The notes beneath the pieces are model-generated. The model was not told the DNA's origin. It made no database searches and worked only from the letters and a program-made list of their open reading frames with translations. A stretch of 64,000 bases of DNA from Octopus sinensis (taxonomy: Eukaryota): the NCBI RefSeq assembly GCF_006345805.1, contig NC_043005.1, positions 15,934,001-15,998,000 on the forward strand, written 5' to 3'. Shown one piece after another: positions 26,040 through 39,514 of this stretch (position 1 is the stretch's first letter; each line of letters begins with the position of its first letter). The position numbers and the translations under genes were made by a program.

Positions 26040-29000
26040 ATATATGTATATGTGTGTGAGTGTGTGTGCATGTATATGCAGTATATGTGTGTGTGTGTGT
26101 CTGTGTGTGTGTGTGTATGTGAGTGTGTGTGCATGTGTGTGTAATATGTGTGTGTGAGTGTGTGTGCATGTATATGCAGTATATGTGTGTGTGTGTGTGT
26201 GTGTCTGTGTGTGTGTGTATGTGAGTGTGTGTGCATGTGTGTGTAATATATGTGTGTGAGTGTGTGCACACACACTAATGCACACACACACGCATGCTCA
26301 CACACACACACACCGGCATGTGCACACACATCCATGCACACACACACACATGCATGCACACTCAACATGCACACACACACACACATGCTCACACACACGT
26401 GTGCACACAGAGACACACGCACACACACGTACACACACATGCACACACACATGTACACACACATGTGGTACAAAAGTATACCAGTATTCAATACAGATTT
26501 ATGTTGGAAGCGTGTAAATTTTAATATATGTTAATTTATGTTAATCTATGTTAATCTATATGAGAAAAACAGGCTTATATAAGTGAACTTGGTTTCTGAT
26601 TGGGTCTCCTCTCAGCATGTCTGTGGTCCTGTAATGCAATCTTACATAGCATATCCACATGTATATGTATGTATGTGTGTGTATGTGGTGTGTATGTATA
26701 TGTGTGTGTGAGTGTGTGTGCATGTATATGCAGTATATGTGTGTGTGTGTGTGTGTGTCTGTGTGTGTGTGTATGTGAGTGTGTGTGCATGTGTGTGTAA
26801 TATATGTGTGTGAGTGTGTGCACACACACTAATGCACACACACACGCATGCTCACACACACACACACCGGCATGTGCACACACATCCATGCACACACACA
26901 CACATGCATGCACACTCAACATGCACACACACACACACATGCTCACACACACGTGTGCACACAGAGACACACGCACACACCGTACACACACATGCACACA
27001 CACATGTACACACACATGTGGTACAAAAGTATACCAGTATTCAATACAGATTTATGTTGGAAGCGTGTAAATTTTAATATATGTTAATTTATGTTAATCT
27101 ATGTTAATCTATATGAGAAAAACAGGCTTATATAAGTGAACTTGGTTTCTGATTGGGTCTCCTCTCAGCATGTCTGTGGTCCTGTAATGCAATCTTACAT
27201 AGCATATCCACATGTATATGTATGTATGTGTGTGTATGTGTGTGTATGTATATGTGTGTGTGTGTGTATTTGTGTGTGTGGAGTGGTACCTAATAATGTA
27301 CACACAATAAATGGAGTGTTGGCCTCCTATTTTGTATACTTGGCAAAAAGTATAAAGAAGAGATAAGGCAATATATAAAATCAAATAATAAAAAAAAAAG
27401 TATAAAACTGTGATAATCTGGTTCAAGCCCCCAGCCCTCCCTCTCACACAACCTGAACTGAAAACTTATTTGAAGGTAAGGAATTGTGATAATGATTGTG
27501 ATGGTGATGATGATGGAAATGATGATGACGATGATGATGATGATGATGATAGTGGTGGTGATGCTGGTTGTGGGAGTGGAGGTGAGGTGGTGCTGGTGGG
27601 AGTGGAGGTGAGGTGATGTTTAAGTGCGGTGAGATGCTGCCTCGAACTTCAGTGCAAGTTTTAAAGAATTTTCTTTTAAGGGTGATGGCTAAGACAGTAA
27701 TATCCTTACTACCACCACAACACCCCACCACCACCACCACCACACCACCACCACCACCACCGCCGCCGCCGCCGCCGCCGCCACCACCACCACCACCACC
27801 ATCACAAACCAACAACAACAAACAAACAAACAAACAAACAAATTATCCGCAACAAAAGCATTATAGCGGCAGCAATAGACAACGGCGATGTGTGATACAT
27901 CATCATCAAAATCATCATCATTATCCTCCTCCTCCTCCTCTTCTTCATCATCATCATCATCATCATTGTCGTCATCATTATCATCGTTACTGATATTGCT
28001 GTTGTCATCATTATTTTCCCCATTATTACCCCTACCACAAGCACTTTCACCACCACCACCACCACCACCACCACCGCCACCACCACCACCGCCGCCGCCA
28101 CACCGCTGCCGCCGCCCCCGCCGCCTCCAACAACAACAGCAACAACAACATTGTCAGCAGAATGTGTGTGGGTGTGTGTGTGTGTGAATGTGTGTTTTTG
28201 TGTACACGTGTGTGTGTTGTGTGTGTCTGTGTGTGTGTATGTGAGTGTGTGTGCATGTGTGTGTAATATGTGTGTGTGAGTGTGTGTGCATGTATATGCA
28301 GTATATGTGTGTGTGTGTGTGGTGTGTGTGTGTGTGTATGTGAGTGTGTGTGCATGTGTGTGTAATATATGTGTGTGAGTGTGTGCACACACACTAATGC
28401 ACACACACACGCATGCTCACACACACACACACCGGCATGTGCACACACATCCATGCACACACACACACATGCATGCACACTCAACATGCACACACACACA
28501 CACATGCTCACACACACGTGTGCACACAGAGACACACGCACACACACGTACACACACATGCACACACACATGTACACACACATGTGGTACAAAAGTATAC
28601 CAGTATTCAATACAGATTTATGTTGGAAGCGTGTAAATTTTAATATATGTTAATTTATGTTAATCTATGTTAATCTATATGAGAAAAACAGGCTTATATA
28701 AGTGAACTTGGTTTCTGATTGGGTCTCCTCTCAGCATGTCTGTGGTCCTGTAATGCAATCTTACATAGCATATCCACATGTATATGTATGTATGTGTGTG
28801 TATGTGTGTGTATGTATATGTGTGTGTGTGTGTATTTGTGTGTGTGTGAGTGGTACCTAATAATGTACACACAATAAATGGAGTGTTGGCCTCCTATTTT
28901 GTATACTTGGCAAAAAGTATAAAGAAGAGATAAGGCAATATATAAAATCAAATAATAAAAAAAAAAGTATAAAACTGTGATAATCTGGTTCAAGCCCCCA

Positions 29001-29797
29001 GCCCTCCCTCTCACACAACCTGAACTGAAAACTTATTTGAAGGTAAGGAATTGTGATAATGATTGTGATGGTGATGATGATGGAAATGATGATGACGATG
29101 ATGATGATGATGATGATAGTGGTGGTGATGCTGGTTGTGGGAGTGGAGGTGAGGTGGTGCTGGTGGGAGTGGAGGTGAGGTGATGTTTAAGTGCGGTGAG
29201 ATGCTGCCTCGAACTTCAGTGCAAGTTTTAAAGAATTTTCTTTTAAGGGTGATGGCTAAGACAGTAATATCCTTACTACCACCACAACCACCACCACCAC
29301 CACCACCACCACCACCACCACCACCACCACCGCCGCCGCCGCCGCCGCCACCACCACCACCACCATCACAAACCAACAACAACAACAAACAAACAAACAA
29401 ACAAATTATCCGCAACAAAAGCATTATAGCGGCAGCAATAGACAACGGCGATGTGTGATACATCATCATCAAAATCATCATCATTATCCTCCTCCTCCTC
29501 CTCTTCTTCATCATCATCATCATCATCATTGTCGTCATCATTATCATCGTTACTGATATTGCTGTTGTCATCATTATTTTCCCCATTATTACCCCTACCA
29601 CAAGCACTTTCACCACCACCACCACCACCACCACTACCGCCACCACCACCACCGCCGCCGCCACCACCGCTGCCGCCGCCCCCGCCGCCTCCAACAACAA
29701 CAGCAACAACAACATTGTCAGCAGAATGTGTGTGGGTGTGTGTGTGTGTGAATGTGTGTTTTTGTGTACACGTGTGTGTGTGTGTGTGTGTGTGTGC
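26040..29797. repeat. Recent tandem segmental duplication, structure A-A-B-A-B
   Basis: Anchor GGTACAAAAGTATACCAG at 26467, 27020 and 28586 (spacings 553 and 1566); anchor GGTACCTAATAATGTAC at 27285 and 28852 (1567); unique parts appear identical while microsatellites differ. Confidence 0.9.
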
Positions 29798-29899
29798 TTA
29801 AAGGAAGCTGCCACAAAATGTAAGAAATGGGGGGGGGGTGTAGTCGGGGAGGTGCTGTGTCAGCATTCTGATATAAGTAGCTGACTCCTAGTGTTGTTG

Positions 29900-30110
29900 T
29901 TGTTTAACCCCAGGTCAACAATGATTGAGAAACAGACCTATGATCAGAGGCATTCCTGCTGTGACCTCCCTGTCTTTTTTTCTTATGTATTTTGAACCCA
30001 GCATCACATTTTTTTTTTGCATCATTTACTAAAACATTTGGGAGGGTGCACTTTGATTGAGGGAGATTTAGCTATCGCTTCTAGCGAGTCAAACGATCAC
30101 TTAGATGCCC
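29900..30110 (+). repeat. Unclassified dispersed repeat (CAGACCTATGATC...GATTTRGCTGCTATTTCTAGC family)
   Basis: Diverged relatives at ~1075-1325, 16130-16330, 16550-16720, 30590-30770 and 49110-49260. Confidence 0.55.
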
Positions 30111-30969
30111 CTTGTTGATGTCGTGGTTGTGTTGTCTGTGATGAGGATGGTTATGATATTGCTACAGATGATGGTGGTGTTATTTAATGTGAAAGGTGGC
30201 GAGCTGGCAGAATCGTTAGCACGCCGGGCAAAATGCTTAGTGGTATTTCGTCTGTCATTACGTTGTGAGTTCAAATTCTGCCGAGGTTGACTTTGCCTTT
30301 CATCCTTTCGGGGTCGATAAATTAAGCACCAGTTTCGCACTGGGGTTGATGTAAATCGACTTAATACCTATGTCTGTCCTTGTTTGTCCCCTCTATGTTT
30401 AGCCCCTTGTGGGTAATAAAGAAATAGGTATTTAATGTGATTGTATAGTAATGATGGGAATGGTTGTGATGTGATGTTGGTGTTGATGGTGATAGTAGTG
30501 GCAGTGGTAGTAATTACACGGACAGTATAGTGATATTATTGTTGCTGTTGGTGGTGGTGGTGGTGGCAGTGGTGGCGGTTGTTGATTAATGCAAGGTCAT
30601 CCCTAATTAAACTAACCCCTGATCAAAGAAGCCCTACTCATACATTATCATTCTGATGTTTTGCATCTATAGGACTTCTTAAGCGGTTTTACGACAGAAG
30701 AGATTTGAACTGCTATTTCTAGCATCTAGCATGCCATGCAATCACTTAGGGATTTCCTTGCTGGCTTTGTACAGGGAGTGGTGGTGACGGTGATTCTGGT
30801 GGTGGTGATGGTGGTGGTGGTGGTGGTTAGTACTATTGCTGTTGGGAAAGCGTGGTGGAATGTGGAAAGGAAATACAAAGATATGAGGAGGAAAATGAAC
30901 AGCAAAATAAGCTGAGAGAGAGAATAAGGAAAAGTGAGAAAAAATATGAAGAGAAAAAGAATCTATCTA

Positions 30970-31049
<80 letters not shown>

Positions 31050-31089
31050 TCTCTCTCTCTTTTTCTATATATATATATATATATATACA

Positions 31090-31330
31090 TTTTTATTATT
31101 ATTTTTGCAATTTACTTAATCTTTACATTTTATTGTTATTTTAATTTTAACTTTTCTATTATATGTAATTTTCTAGATGGTGTAATTTAATTATCCATTT
31201 TGAATTGATAAAAGGTGTTTTTTTCTAATTTTTTATATATATATATTATATTGTGTAAAATTTGATTTAGTTTTTCTAAATTGAATTTTTTTTCCTTGTA
31301 AGTTTGGATTTTATTCCCTCAAATAATAAT
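31090..31330 (+). repeat. Unclassified AT-rich dispersed repeat in (TA)n
   Basis: Collinear with 57990-58220 (TTGAATTGATAAAAGGTG, AAATTTGATTTAGT, TGTAAGTTTGGA). Confidence 0.65.
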
Positions 31331-31341
31331 TATATATATAT

Positions 31342-31559
31342 ATACTCTTTTACTCTTTTACTTGTTTCAGTTATTTGACAGTGGCCATGCTGGAACACCG
31401 CCTTTAGTCAAGCAAATCGACCCCAGGACTTATTCCTTGGAAGCCTAGTACTTATTCTATCGGTCTCTTTTGCTGAACCGGTAAGTTACGGGGACATAAA
31501 CACACCACCATCGGTTGTCAAGCGATGTTGGGGGGACAAACACAGACACACAAACATAT

Positions 31560-31592
<33 letters not shown>

Positions 31593-31757
31593 CATATATA
31601 CAACGGGCTCCTTTCAGTTTCCGTCTATCAAATCCACTCACAAGGCTTTGGTCGACCCGAGGCTATAGTAGAAGACACTTGCTCAAGATGCCACACAGTG
31701 GGAATGAACCCCGAACCATGTGGTTGGTAAGCAAGCTACTTACCACACAGCCACTCC
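31342..31757 (-). mobile_element. SINE family A
   Basis: Reverse complement of the reference copy. Confidence 0.85.
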
Positions 31758-31781
31758 ATTATATATATGTGTGTGTGTATA

Positions 31782-32426
31782 CGACGGGATGTCAAAAATT
31801 ATCTGCACTTTCACCATATCCTATCTTTATTGCATACTTACAGTTGATACTATTGTGGTAACATGATCGAAGTTTGAGTCTGATCATGCCATTTTTCTTT
31901 CTGCCTTTTACAGTATAAGCATGACTGCTTTGCTAGCAATGAGCACCAAAGAAGAACAAAGATCAGTGATCCAAGAGATAGTAATGGTGAACCAGTTCAC
32001 CATTATCATCTCTTGGGCTTACTGAACCTTCTCATCAGTGGCGGAGTTTGACGGGTATCCTGTTCCCTCTTTGTGCATTATGCTTGTCTGGTCACTTTTA
32101 AACTTCTCAATCCACTCATACACACTTCTACACGGTAGTGTATTGACCCCGTATTGTGCTAAAAACCTCTGATGAATTTCAGCACCTGACACACCTTTCG
32201 ACCAGAGAAATTGGATCACTGTTCTTTGTTCTTCTTTGGTACACATTGCTGGCGGAGTGGCCATGCCTACACTGTAAAGCCTGACAGAAAAATGGTGTGA
32301 TCAAGCTCAAACTTCCATCACGTGACCACAATAATACTAGTTACAAGCACACATGCGCAGAAGGCAGTGTGATAATAAAAAAGATATGTTAGGCTGAAAG
32401 TGCGGATAATTTTTGACTTCCCCTCG
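31782..32426. mobile_element. Non-autonomous mariner with two 5' ends (long inverted repeats)
   Basis: TA-flanked TIRs CGA.GGGA.GTCAAAAATTATC.GCACTTTCA; minus strand encodes the mariner HTH N-terminus TKEEQRTVIQFLWSKGVSGAEIHQR...VYEWIEKFK (32019-32264); the left arm repeats MTALLAMSTKEEQRSVIQ on the plus strand. Confidence 0.85.
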
Positions 32427-32428
32427 TA

Positions 32429-32467
<39 letters not shown>

Positions 32468-32469
<2 letters not shown>

Positions 32470-32785
32470 CCATGGACAGCGAGGCTCACCAATGGAGAAG
32501 TTCTTAAGCAGATCAGGCCGAAAATGTCACTAGAAGCTAGGATCACCAAGCATAGATTGGCATATTTCGGTCATGTTATGCGGAGAAAATCCCTGGAGAA
32601 GGACATCATGCTTGGAATGGTCAGTGGCAAGAGAGGAAGAGGCCGACCAAGAACTCATTGGCTTGATACCATCAAGAGTGATACCGGAATGGACATAGCC
32701 GATCTGATAGGAGCGGCCCAGGATAGGACTGACTGGAGGACACTGATCCAACGGGTGACCGAGAGTCGACTTCGACTGACCGGAT
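32468..32785 (+). mobile_element. RTE (BovB-like) LINE 3' fragment
   Basis: PWTARLTNGEVL...RLAYFGHVMRR.SLEKDIMLG...KRGRGRPR..WLD...AQDRTDWR; flanked by (TA)n. Confidence 0.9.
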
Positions 32786-32799
32786 ATATACAGATTCAC

Positions 32800-32843
<44 letters not shown>

Positions 32844-32847
32844 TATA

Positions 32848-33413
32848 CACTTACGTTGGAATTAATTAGCACTTCTCAAATTTCTACATTTTCTTACATT
32901 TTCTTAATTTAATTAACTTATTATCAGAAACGAACTCGTTTTTAATCAAAAATTTATTAAAACATATCCCAGCACACCACATAATTGTTATTAATCGTGA
33001 AATTTAGTCAATATCTTGTTGCTCCTCCTTTGGCAGCAATGACAGCTGCTACGCGGGTCGGCATGCTGTCTATGAGTGCCTGCAGGTACTGTGCAGGGAT
33101 GGCCCCTCATGCAGCAAGAAGTGCCCCAAACAGCTCGTGTCGGTTCCTGTATTGCTGCACATTCAAATCCCTACCCAATCGACTCCAGAGGTTCTCAATA
33201 AGGTTCGGGTCAGGTGACTGGCCAGCACGTACTCCTCGCCACCAAAGAGGTATCCCGTACTATCTCAACGTACTTTGCTGCGTTGATGTTGTCTTCGATG
33301 GCATAGAACCACCCAACACCACTGTAGCTGAACGCCCCTCACACCATCAGACCACCCCCACCATGCTTCATGGTGAGCAAATCAAGGGTGCTAATTAATT
33401 TCTGACGGTAGTG
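32848..33413 (-). mobile_element. Internally deleted Tc1-family transposon
   Basis: TA-flanked TIRs CACT..CGT..GAA.TTAATTAGCAC; minus strand gives KHGGGGLMV.GAFS, QSPDPNLIENLW and LIDSMPTRVAAVIAAKGGATRY*. Confidence 0.85.
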
Positions 33414-33456
33414 TATATATATAAATGTGAATCTGTATGTATATGCATATGGATAC

Positions 33457-33507
<51 letters not shown>

Positions 33508-33688
33508 TATACATACATATATATGCCTTTCATCCTTTTGGGGTCGATAAGTTAAGTACCAGTTATGCACTGGAGTCGATGCAATCGACTTAATCCATTT
33601 GTCTGTCCTTGCTTGTCCCCTCTGTGTTTAGCCCCTTGTGGGTAGTAAAGAAATATATTTATACACACACATATATACATACATATAC

Positions 33689-33719
<31 letters not shown>

Positions 33720-33959
33720 TATATATACACACATGTGTAATGAGAAAGAGAGAGAAAGTTGCTGGGGTGTGATGACGAGGGGAGTGAGAGTGTCTATGAA
33801 AAGTTTAACTGGTTGGTCACCAACCGCAAATGACATATAACAAGTCAGTAAAGTTATTTTAAAATGGGGAACAAGGACGATTTTTTTGTCCCTGTGAGAT
33901 AGGTTTAATATGGTTAAGTGCTAGTAAAGAACTAAGCTCAATAAAGCCAGCAACACCCC

Positions 33960-34788
33960 TCCCTTGAATTGTGAAATGTTTGGTATTTGCTGTGGCTCTA
34001 TACATCCCAAGTTCAAATCTCACTGAGGCCAACATTGATCTCATCCTTCTGGGATTGAGGAAATTAAAGTATCAGTAAAGACTGTGATTGATTTAAATGT
34101 CTAATCACCATTAAATAAATTTATGTTAGAAGCAACTATTATAATTATTATCATTATTATTATTTTTATTATTTAAAGAACCGTCAGTATATACTAGTAT
34201 ATACAGGAATTTCGCCTGTCGCTATGTTCTGAGTTCAAATTCTGCCAAGATCAACTTTGCCTTTCATCCTTTTGGGGTCAATAAATTAAGTACCAGTGAA
34301 ACACTGGGGTTGATGTAATTGACTATCCCCCTCACCCAAATTTTGGCCCCTTTGCCTATAGTAGAAGGGATTATTATTACTATTATTTGTGTGGTGAGCT
34401 CACAGAATGATTGGCCTGCTGGATGAAATAGGGGTATTTCATCTATTGACTATCCCCCTCACCCAAATTTCGGCCCCTTTGCCTATAGTAGAAGGGATTA
34501 TTATTACTATTATTTGTGTGGTGAGCTCACAGAATAATTGGCCTGCTGGATGAAATAGGGGTATTTCATCTATTTTTTTCCTCTGAGTTCAAACTCAACA
34601 GAAGTTGACTTTGCCCTTTATATTTTGGGGGTTGATAAAATGATATCCTCTTCCCTTAAAATTTCAGGTTGACTTTGCCTTTCGTCCTTTTAGGGTCAAT
34701 AAATTAAGAACCAGAGAAACACTGGGGTTGATGTAATCGACTCATCCCCTCACTCAAAATTGCTGCCCTTGTGCCTATAGTAGAAAGG

Positions 34789-34790
<2 letters not shown>
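33960..34790 (+). mobile_element. Cluster of SINE family B copies with a ~128 bp local duplication
   Basis: Repeated B cores; 34318-34445 is duplicated at ~34447-34570. Confidence 0.7.
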
Positions 34791-34821
<31 letters not shown>

Positions 34822-35180
34822 GATTTGACTCTGGTTCAGTCTTATTCCTGGCAGGATTTATATGGGTAGCAGGTTACTACCTGTACCCTTAGGTATCCAC
34901 TAGCTTTCAACAGTCTTGCAAGTGCTTAGAACCCTCCTCTTGATAATCTTTTCTGTCCCCAAGGGGTAAAAACTTTCTGTAGAAACTCTACAGGACATTC
35001 TATTCCAATCTCCTTCCACCATTTGTCTCTATCTTTGCCTGCAATTCCCAATACACCAATTATTTTAGGCACAGCCTTTACAGTTTTCATACCCCAAATT
35101 CTTGCTATTTCAAATCTTAAGGAATAATATTTTTTTTTTATTTACCATCCTCTTTCTTTACAATCCTGGAATCAAATGGA
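34822..35180 (-). mobile_element. R4/Dong-like RLE non-LTR retrotransposon 3' fragment
   Basis: Minus strand PFDSRIVKKE..K.KKY.SLRFEIARIWGMKTVKAVPKIIGVLG...LQK (RLE C-terminus); its 3' end runs into (AAT)n. Confidence 0.75.
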
Positions 35181-35437
35181 CTACTACTACTACTACTATT
35201 AGAAAATTGTAGATTGCAGAATTATATGGTTAATGTTGAGTATTAAGGGGTTCACTTCACAACAACATATTTCCAGGTTTGATCACACTGTACAGTAGTT
35301 TGGACTAGTGTCTTTTCTCAGAGCCTTGGTTTGAACGAGTCTCTGATATATGAAGAATTTGACAGATGGAAAGTGTGTATGAGTCTGTGTGTGTGTGTGT
35401 GTGTGTGTGTTTGTACACACATGTATTTCTCTTTCTG

Positions 35438-35929
35438 TTTTACTTGTTTCAGTCATTTGACTGTGACCATGCTGGAGCACCACCTTTAGTCAAGCAAATC
35501 GACCCCAGGACTTATTCTTTGTAAGCCTAGTACGTCTTCTATCAGTCTCCTTTGCTGAACCACTAAGTTACAGGGACGTAAACACACCAGAATCGGTTGT
35601 CAAGCAATGTTGGGGGATGGACAAACACAGACACACAAACATATACACACATACATATATATGTATACATATATACGACAGGCTTCTTTCAGTTTCTGTC
35701 TATCAAATCCACTCACAAAGCATTGGTCAACCCGAGGCTATAGTAGAAGACACTTGCCCAAGGTGCCACGCATTGGGACTGAACCCGGAACCATGTGGTT
35801 GGTAAGCAAGCTACTTACCACACAGCCACTCCTGTGCCTATAACAGAAGACACTGGCCCAAGGTACCATGCAGTGGAACTGAACCTGGAACCATGTGGTT
35901 GGTAAGTAAGCTTCTTACCACACAGCCAC
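35438..35929 (-). mobile_element. SINE family A plus a duplicated head fragment (35845-35929)
   Basis: Reverse complement of the reference copy, with a second tRNA-like head adjacent. Confidence 0.85.
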
Positions 35930-36248
35930 AATAATATATAATCCATATATACATACACATGTATGTAGTTATAGACAAACATACACATACACACATACAT
36001 GCAAACACACACACACAAACATAAATGCATATGTGTGTGTGTGTATCTGTAGTTTCCATCAATATATATTGGTTCAGGATATGAACACTGGCAAGAAAAC
36101 AGAAGAAGCCTTAATTGTCTGAACCAAGTAAAGGAAAAAGGGTTTGTTGTTTGATTCAAGCTTTATACATTGGTGGTATTTAAAGTAGATCTGGGGTCAA
36201 AATTTCATACAATAAAGAGCCTAGCCAATAACACCCTCCTTAGATATG

Positions 36249-36290
<42 letters not shown>

Positions 36291-36429
36291 GTATATACAT
36301 ATATACACACACATAGGTACAAGAAACTTATATATACACCATTCTGCTTAAATAATAGTACTGCAAATACGATATCCTTATGTATCTCGCGTCTGTTTTC
36401 ATTCCTCCACTTCACTCTTACTTAAACAT

Positions 36430-36475
36430 TCTCTGATGAAGGGATATATAAAATATCTCAGAAACAGCTGTAAGA
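36430..36475 (+). ncRNA. Minimal type-I hammerhead ribozyme motif
   Basis: TCT-CTGATGA-A-GGGATAT(ATAAA)ATATCTC-A-GAAAC-AGCT-GTA-AGA; predicted GUA cleavage after 36472; palindromic stem III. Confidence 0.65.
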
Positions 36476-36807
36476 CCTCTTTATAAATGTTCTGTACGAT
36501 ACATACAAGAAGATGATTTTTTTTCGAATGCAGTATAGCCATTATAACAGCAAAAATATTGGGTAAATTACTCTTGCATGGTGGGGAAAGTTGTCAATAT
36601 TTCTGCTTTTCTAATGGCAATACTGCTTTCGAAAATATACCATCTTCTTGTATATATCTTACAATAGACATTTCGATGCTTCTACTAGAAACAAATGTTA
36701 GTTTGTTTATATTTACAAACACACACATATACACAAACACACGCACATACACATATATATAGAGTGAGAAATATACATATATAGACATACACACACACAC
36801 ACACACG

Positions 36808-36850
<43 letters not shown>

Positions 36851-37221
36851 TCATGTTTTGCTTAGATATTGCAATGCTAATAACCTGGTGTTAGAACACC
36901 AGGTTACATATACTTCAGAACAAAGGGTCTTTTGATTACAGAATGAGTATAACAAACTGGGAGAACAAGGGACTACATTAGCTTACAACAGTTTCTGCTA
37001 TAAGGTGCAATGCACTCATAGGTGAGTGCTTGAGTATCACTATAAGTGCATTGCAGTTCAGAGCAGAAACAGCAGTAAGCTATTGAAGTTAGTTTATTTA
37101 TTCCTTTGTCATCCCAATTTCTTATGTGTGTGTATGTATGTATGTATGTATGTATGTATGTATGTATGTATGTATGTATGTATGTATGTATGTATGTATG
37201 TATGTACGTATGTACGTATGA

Positions 37222-37641
37222 TCTGTTCTATTTTTTAATTATTATAAATCTTCCACTGAGGAGGGAGCTGGTTTTACAACAAATATACAAAGTTTCAATT
37301 TTGGGATGCAGTTAACACAGACAAAGTCACATTTGGAACTTGAGAAAAATCTTGCATATTTTTACTGTTCCACTCACAGATTGCACTTGTATTGTACAAA
37401 TCAGCCGGTCAATTTCTCTTTCTGAAAATCCCAGTTTATCCAGATTCTCCTTTAAGCATTTACTAACAAAACCTAGTGCTCCAATTATTATTGGTATGAA
37501 TATGAATTCATACTCTGGATATAGTATCTGGAGGTTTCAAACCAGTTGTCCATAGATATCCTCTTTTTCTTTGATTTTCAAAGAGATATTTATATCTGCA
37601 GGGCAGCTGTCCTCTATAACGGTACATACCTTTGCCCCTCT
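37222..37641 (-). mobile_element. RLE-type (R4/Dong-like) LINE 3' fragment inserted in (CATA)n
   Basis: Minus strand VIE.SCPADINISLKIKEKEDIYGQL...YPEYEFIFIPIIIGALGFVSKCLKENLDKLGF; (CATA)n on both sides. Confidence 0.8.
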
Positions 37642-38744
37642 GTATGTATGTATGTATGTATGTATGTATGTATGTATGTATGTATGGATGGATGGATGGG
37701 TGGATGAATGGATGGATAGATGTATTATGTGTTAGTGTTTTGCATTTACGCAACATAATAGTTGCATGAAGGAATTACCATCATACAAATGGTTTCCATC
37801 ATTTACAATCTTATATTGAAAATATTATATTTCTTAGAAATAATTGAGAGCTGGTGACAGGAAGGACATCCAACCCAGGGAAATATCCCTCAATAAAATC
37901 TGTTCAATCCATGCAAATAAGGGAAAGTAGACTTAAAACAATGATGATGATGATGATGATGGTGGTGGTACTTATGACTGGGCCCGAAAATGTAATTTTG
38001 AAAGATAAGGAAATTACATGAATGCACTTTTAATCTGCTTTGGTATTTGGGTGCTAGAATTAGTTGAAACAATGGCATTTGTATAAAGCAGGTCCTGTTA
38101 TAATCTTGGACTACAGGAAAACCTGAATTCCATTGGAAGAGCTCCCATTCTTTGCAATGATGAGTAGAAACCACACGTGATATCTATTTACAGCTAGGTG
38201 ACCTGGGCCAGTGAGGTCATTCCTTTGACACAGCATAATATTAGTGATGAGAATAGAACGTTTCAGATTTTGATGTATGAGTCAACACTTATCATCTACA
38301 ATTCTATAAGTAATTGCAATTAATGATGAAATTGCCTTTGGGTGGGATACAAACTTCCAATAATGATTAACAAATGGATTAAGGCAAATGCATAATGAAC
38401 GGTAATTATTTTATCAAACCTTCAGATGAATGATCAGTAATGCTGCCTTTGGTGGAACTTGAACTCACAATAGAAAGATATGGAACTGAGATTAAATCAA
38501 AGTAACTAATATATTACTGGTATGTATGTTTGCCCTTCAATGAAAAGAGCAAACATGACTAAAGTGGGTTTGAACCTAGAACAGCAAAAATTAGGACTGT
38601 AGATTACTATAGTATTTAGTATATTATTGGTTTAAAATTTTTAATGAATTTACTGGGATTTGAACTCAAAACTAAGTGTCTCTGAATGTTTAGCATAGCT
38701 CGGTCCTTTATTACCACCCTGCTTTGTTTTAATATATCAATTAC

Positions 38745-39130
38745 TGGCTGTGTGGTGAGAAGCTTGCTTCCCAACCACATGGTTCCGGTTTCAGTCCTAC
38801 CATGTGGCACCTCGGGCAAGTGTCTTCTGCTATAGCCTCGGGCCGACCAAAGCCTTGTGAGTGGATTTGGTTGACGGAAACTAAAAGAAGCCCATCGTAT
38901 ATATGTATATATATGTATGTGTTTGTTGTTTGTGTCTGTGTTTGTCCCCCCCACCATCACTTAACAACCGATGCCGTGTGTCTACGTCCCTGTCACTTAG
39001 CGGTTCGGCAAAAAGAGACTGATACAATAATTACTAGGCTTACAACGAATAAGTCCTGGGGCGATTTTATTTAACTAAAGGCAGTGCTCCAGCGTGATCA
39101 CAGTAAAATGACTGAAACAAGTAAAAGAGT
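38745..39130 (+). mobile_element. SINE family A
   Basis: Matches the reference copy. Confidence 0.85.
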
Positions 39131-39252
39131 ACTGCTTAAGGCACAATTCAATAGAATATCTTTATGCAGTTATTCCACCAAATCTCTCTTATATCACATT
39201 CTATTATCTTAACAAAAAAAAAAAAAGGAAGGTCACATTAGATGATGTAATA

Positions 39253-39409
39253 CAGTGGTTCCCAAATCTGTGGTCTGCGCACACATGGTGGTCCGCAAAG
39301 GTAGTATGTGAACATGTTAAGCTGACAGACCTTTCAATATCCTGGGGTCCATGGGAAAACTCATTTATATAAAAGGGGTCCCTGGTAGTGAAAAGGTTAG
39401 GAACCAATG
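39253..39409. mobile_element. hAT-type MITE
   Basis: TIRs CAGTGGTTCCCAA / TTAGGAACCAATG; 8 bp TSD ATGTAATA / GTGTAATA (one mismatch). Confidence 0.8.
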
Positions 39410-39514
39410 GTGTAATACTTGGACATCCTTTGCTGGAATAAAATATGAAATGTTCACAGCTGGATTAAGGTCAACCTTGTGTCAAACATCATCACCAGTG
39501 TATTTATCTTTTAG

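Noticed and set aside
27410-29814. Poly-Pro, poly-His, poly-Gly and poly-Ser ORFs (also 10452-10883)
   Set aside because: Trinucleotide repeats lacking stop codons; the frames differ between the duplicated copies, and no splice or domain signal is seen.
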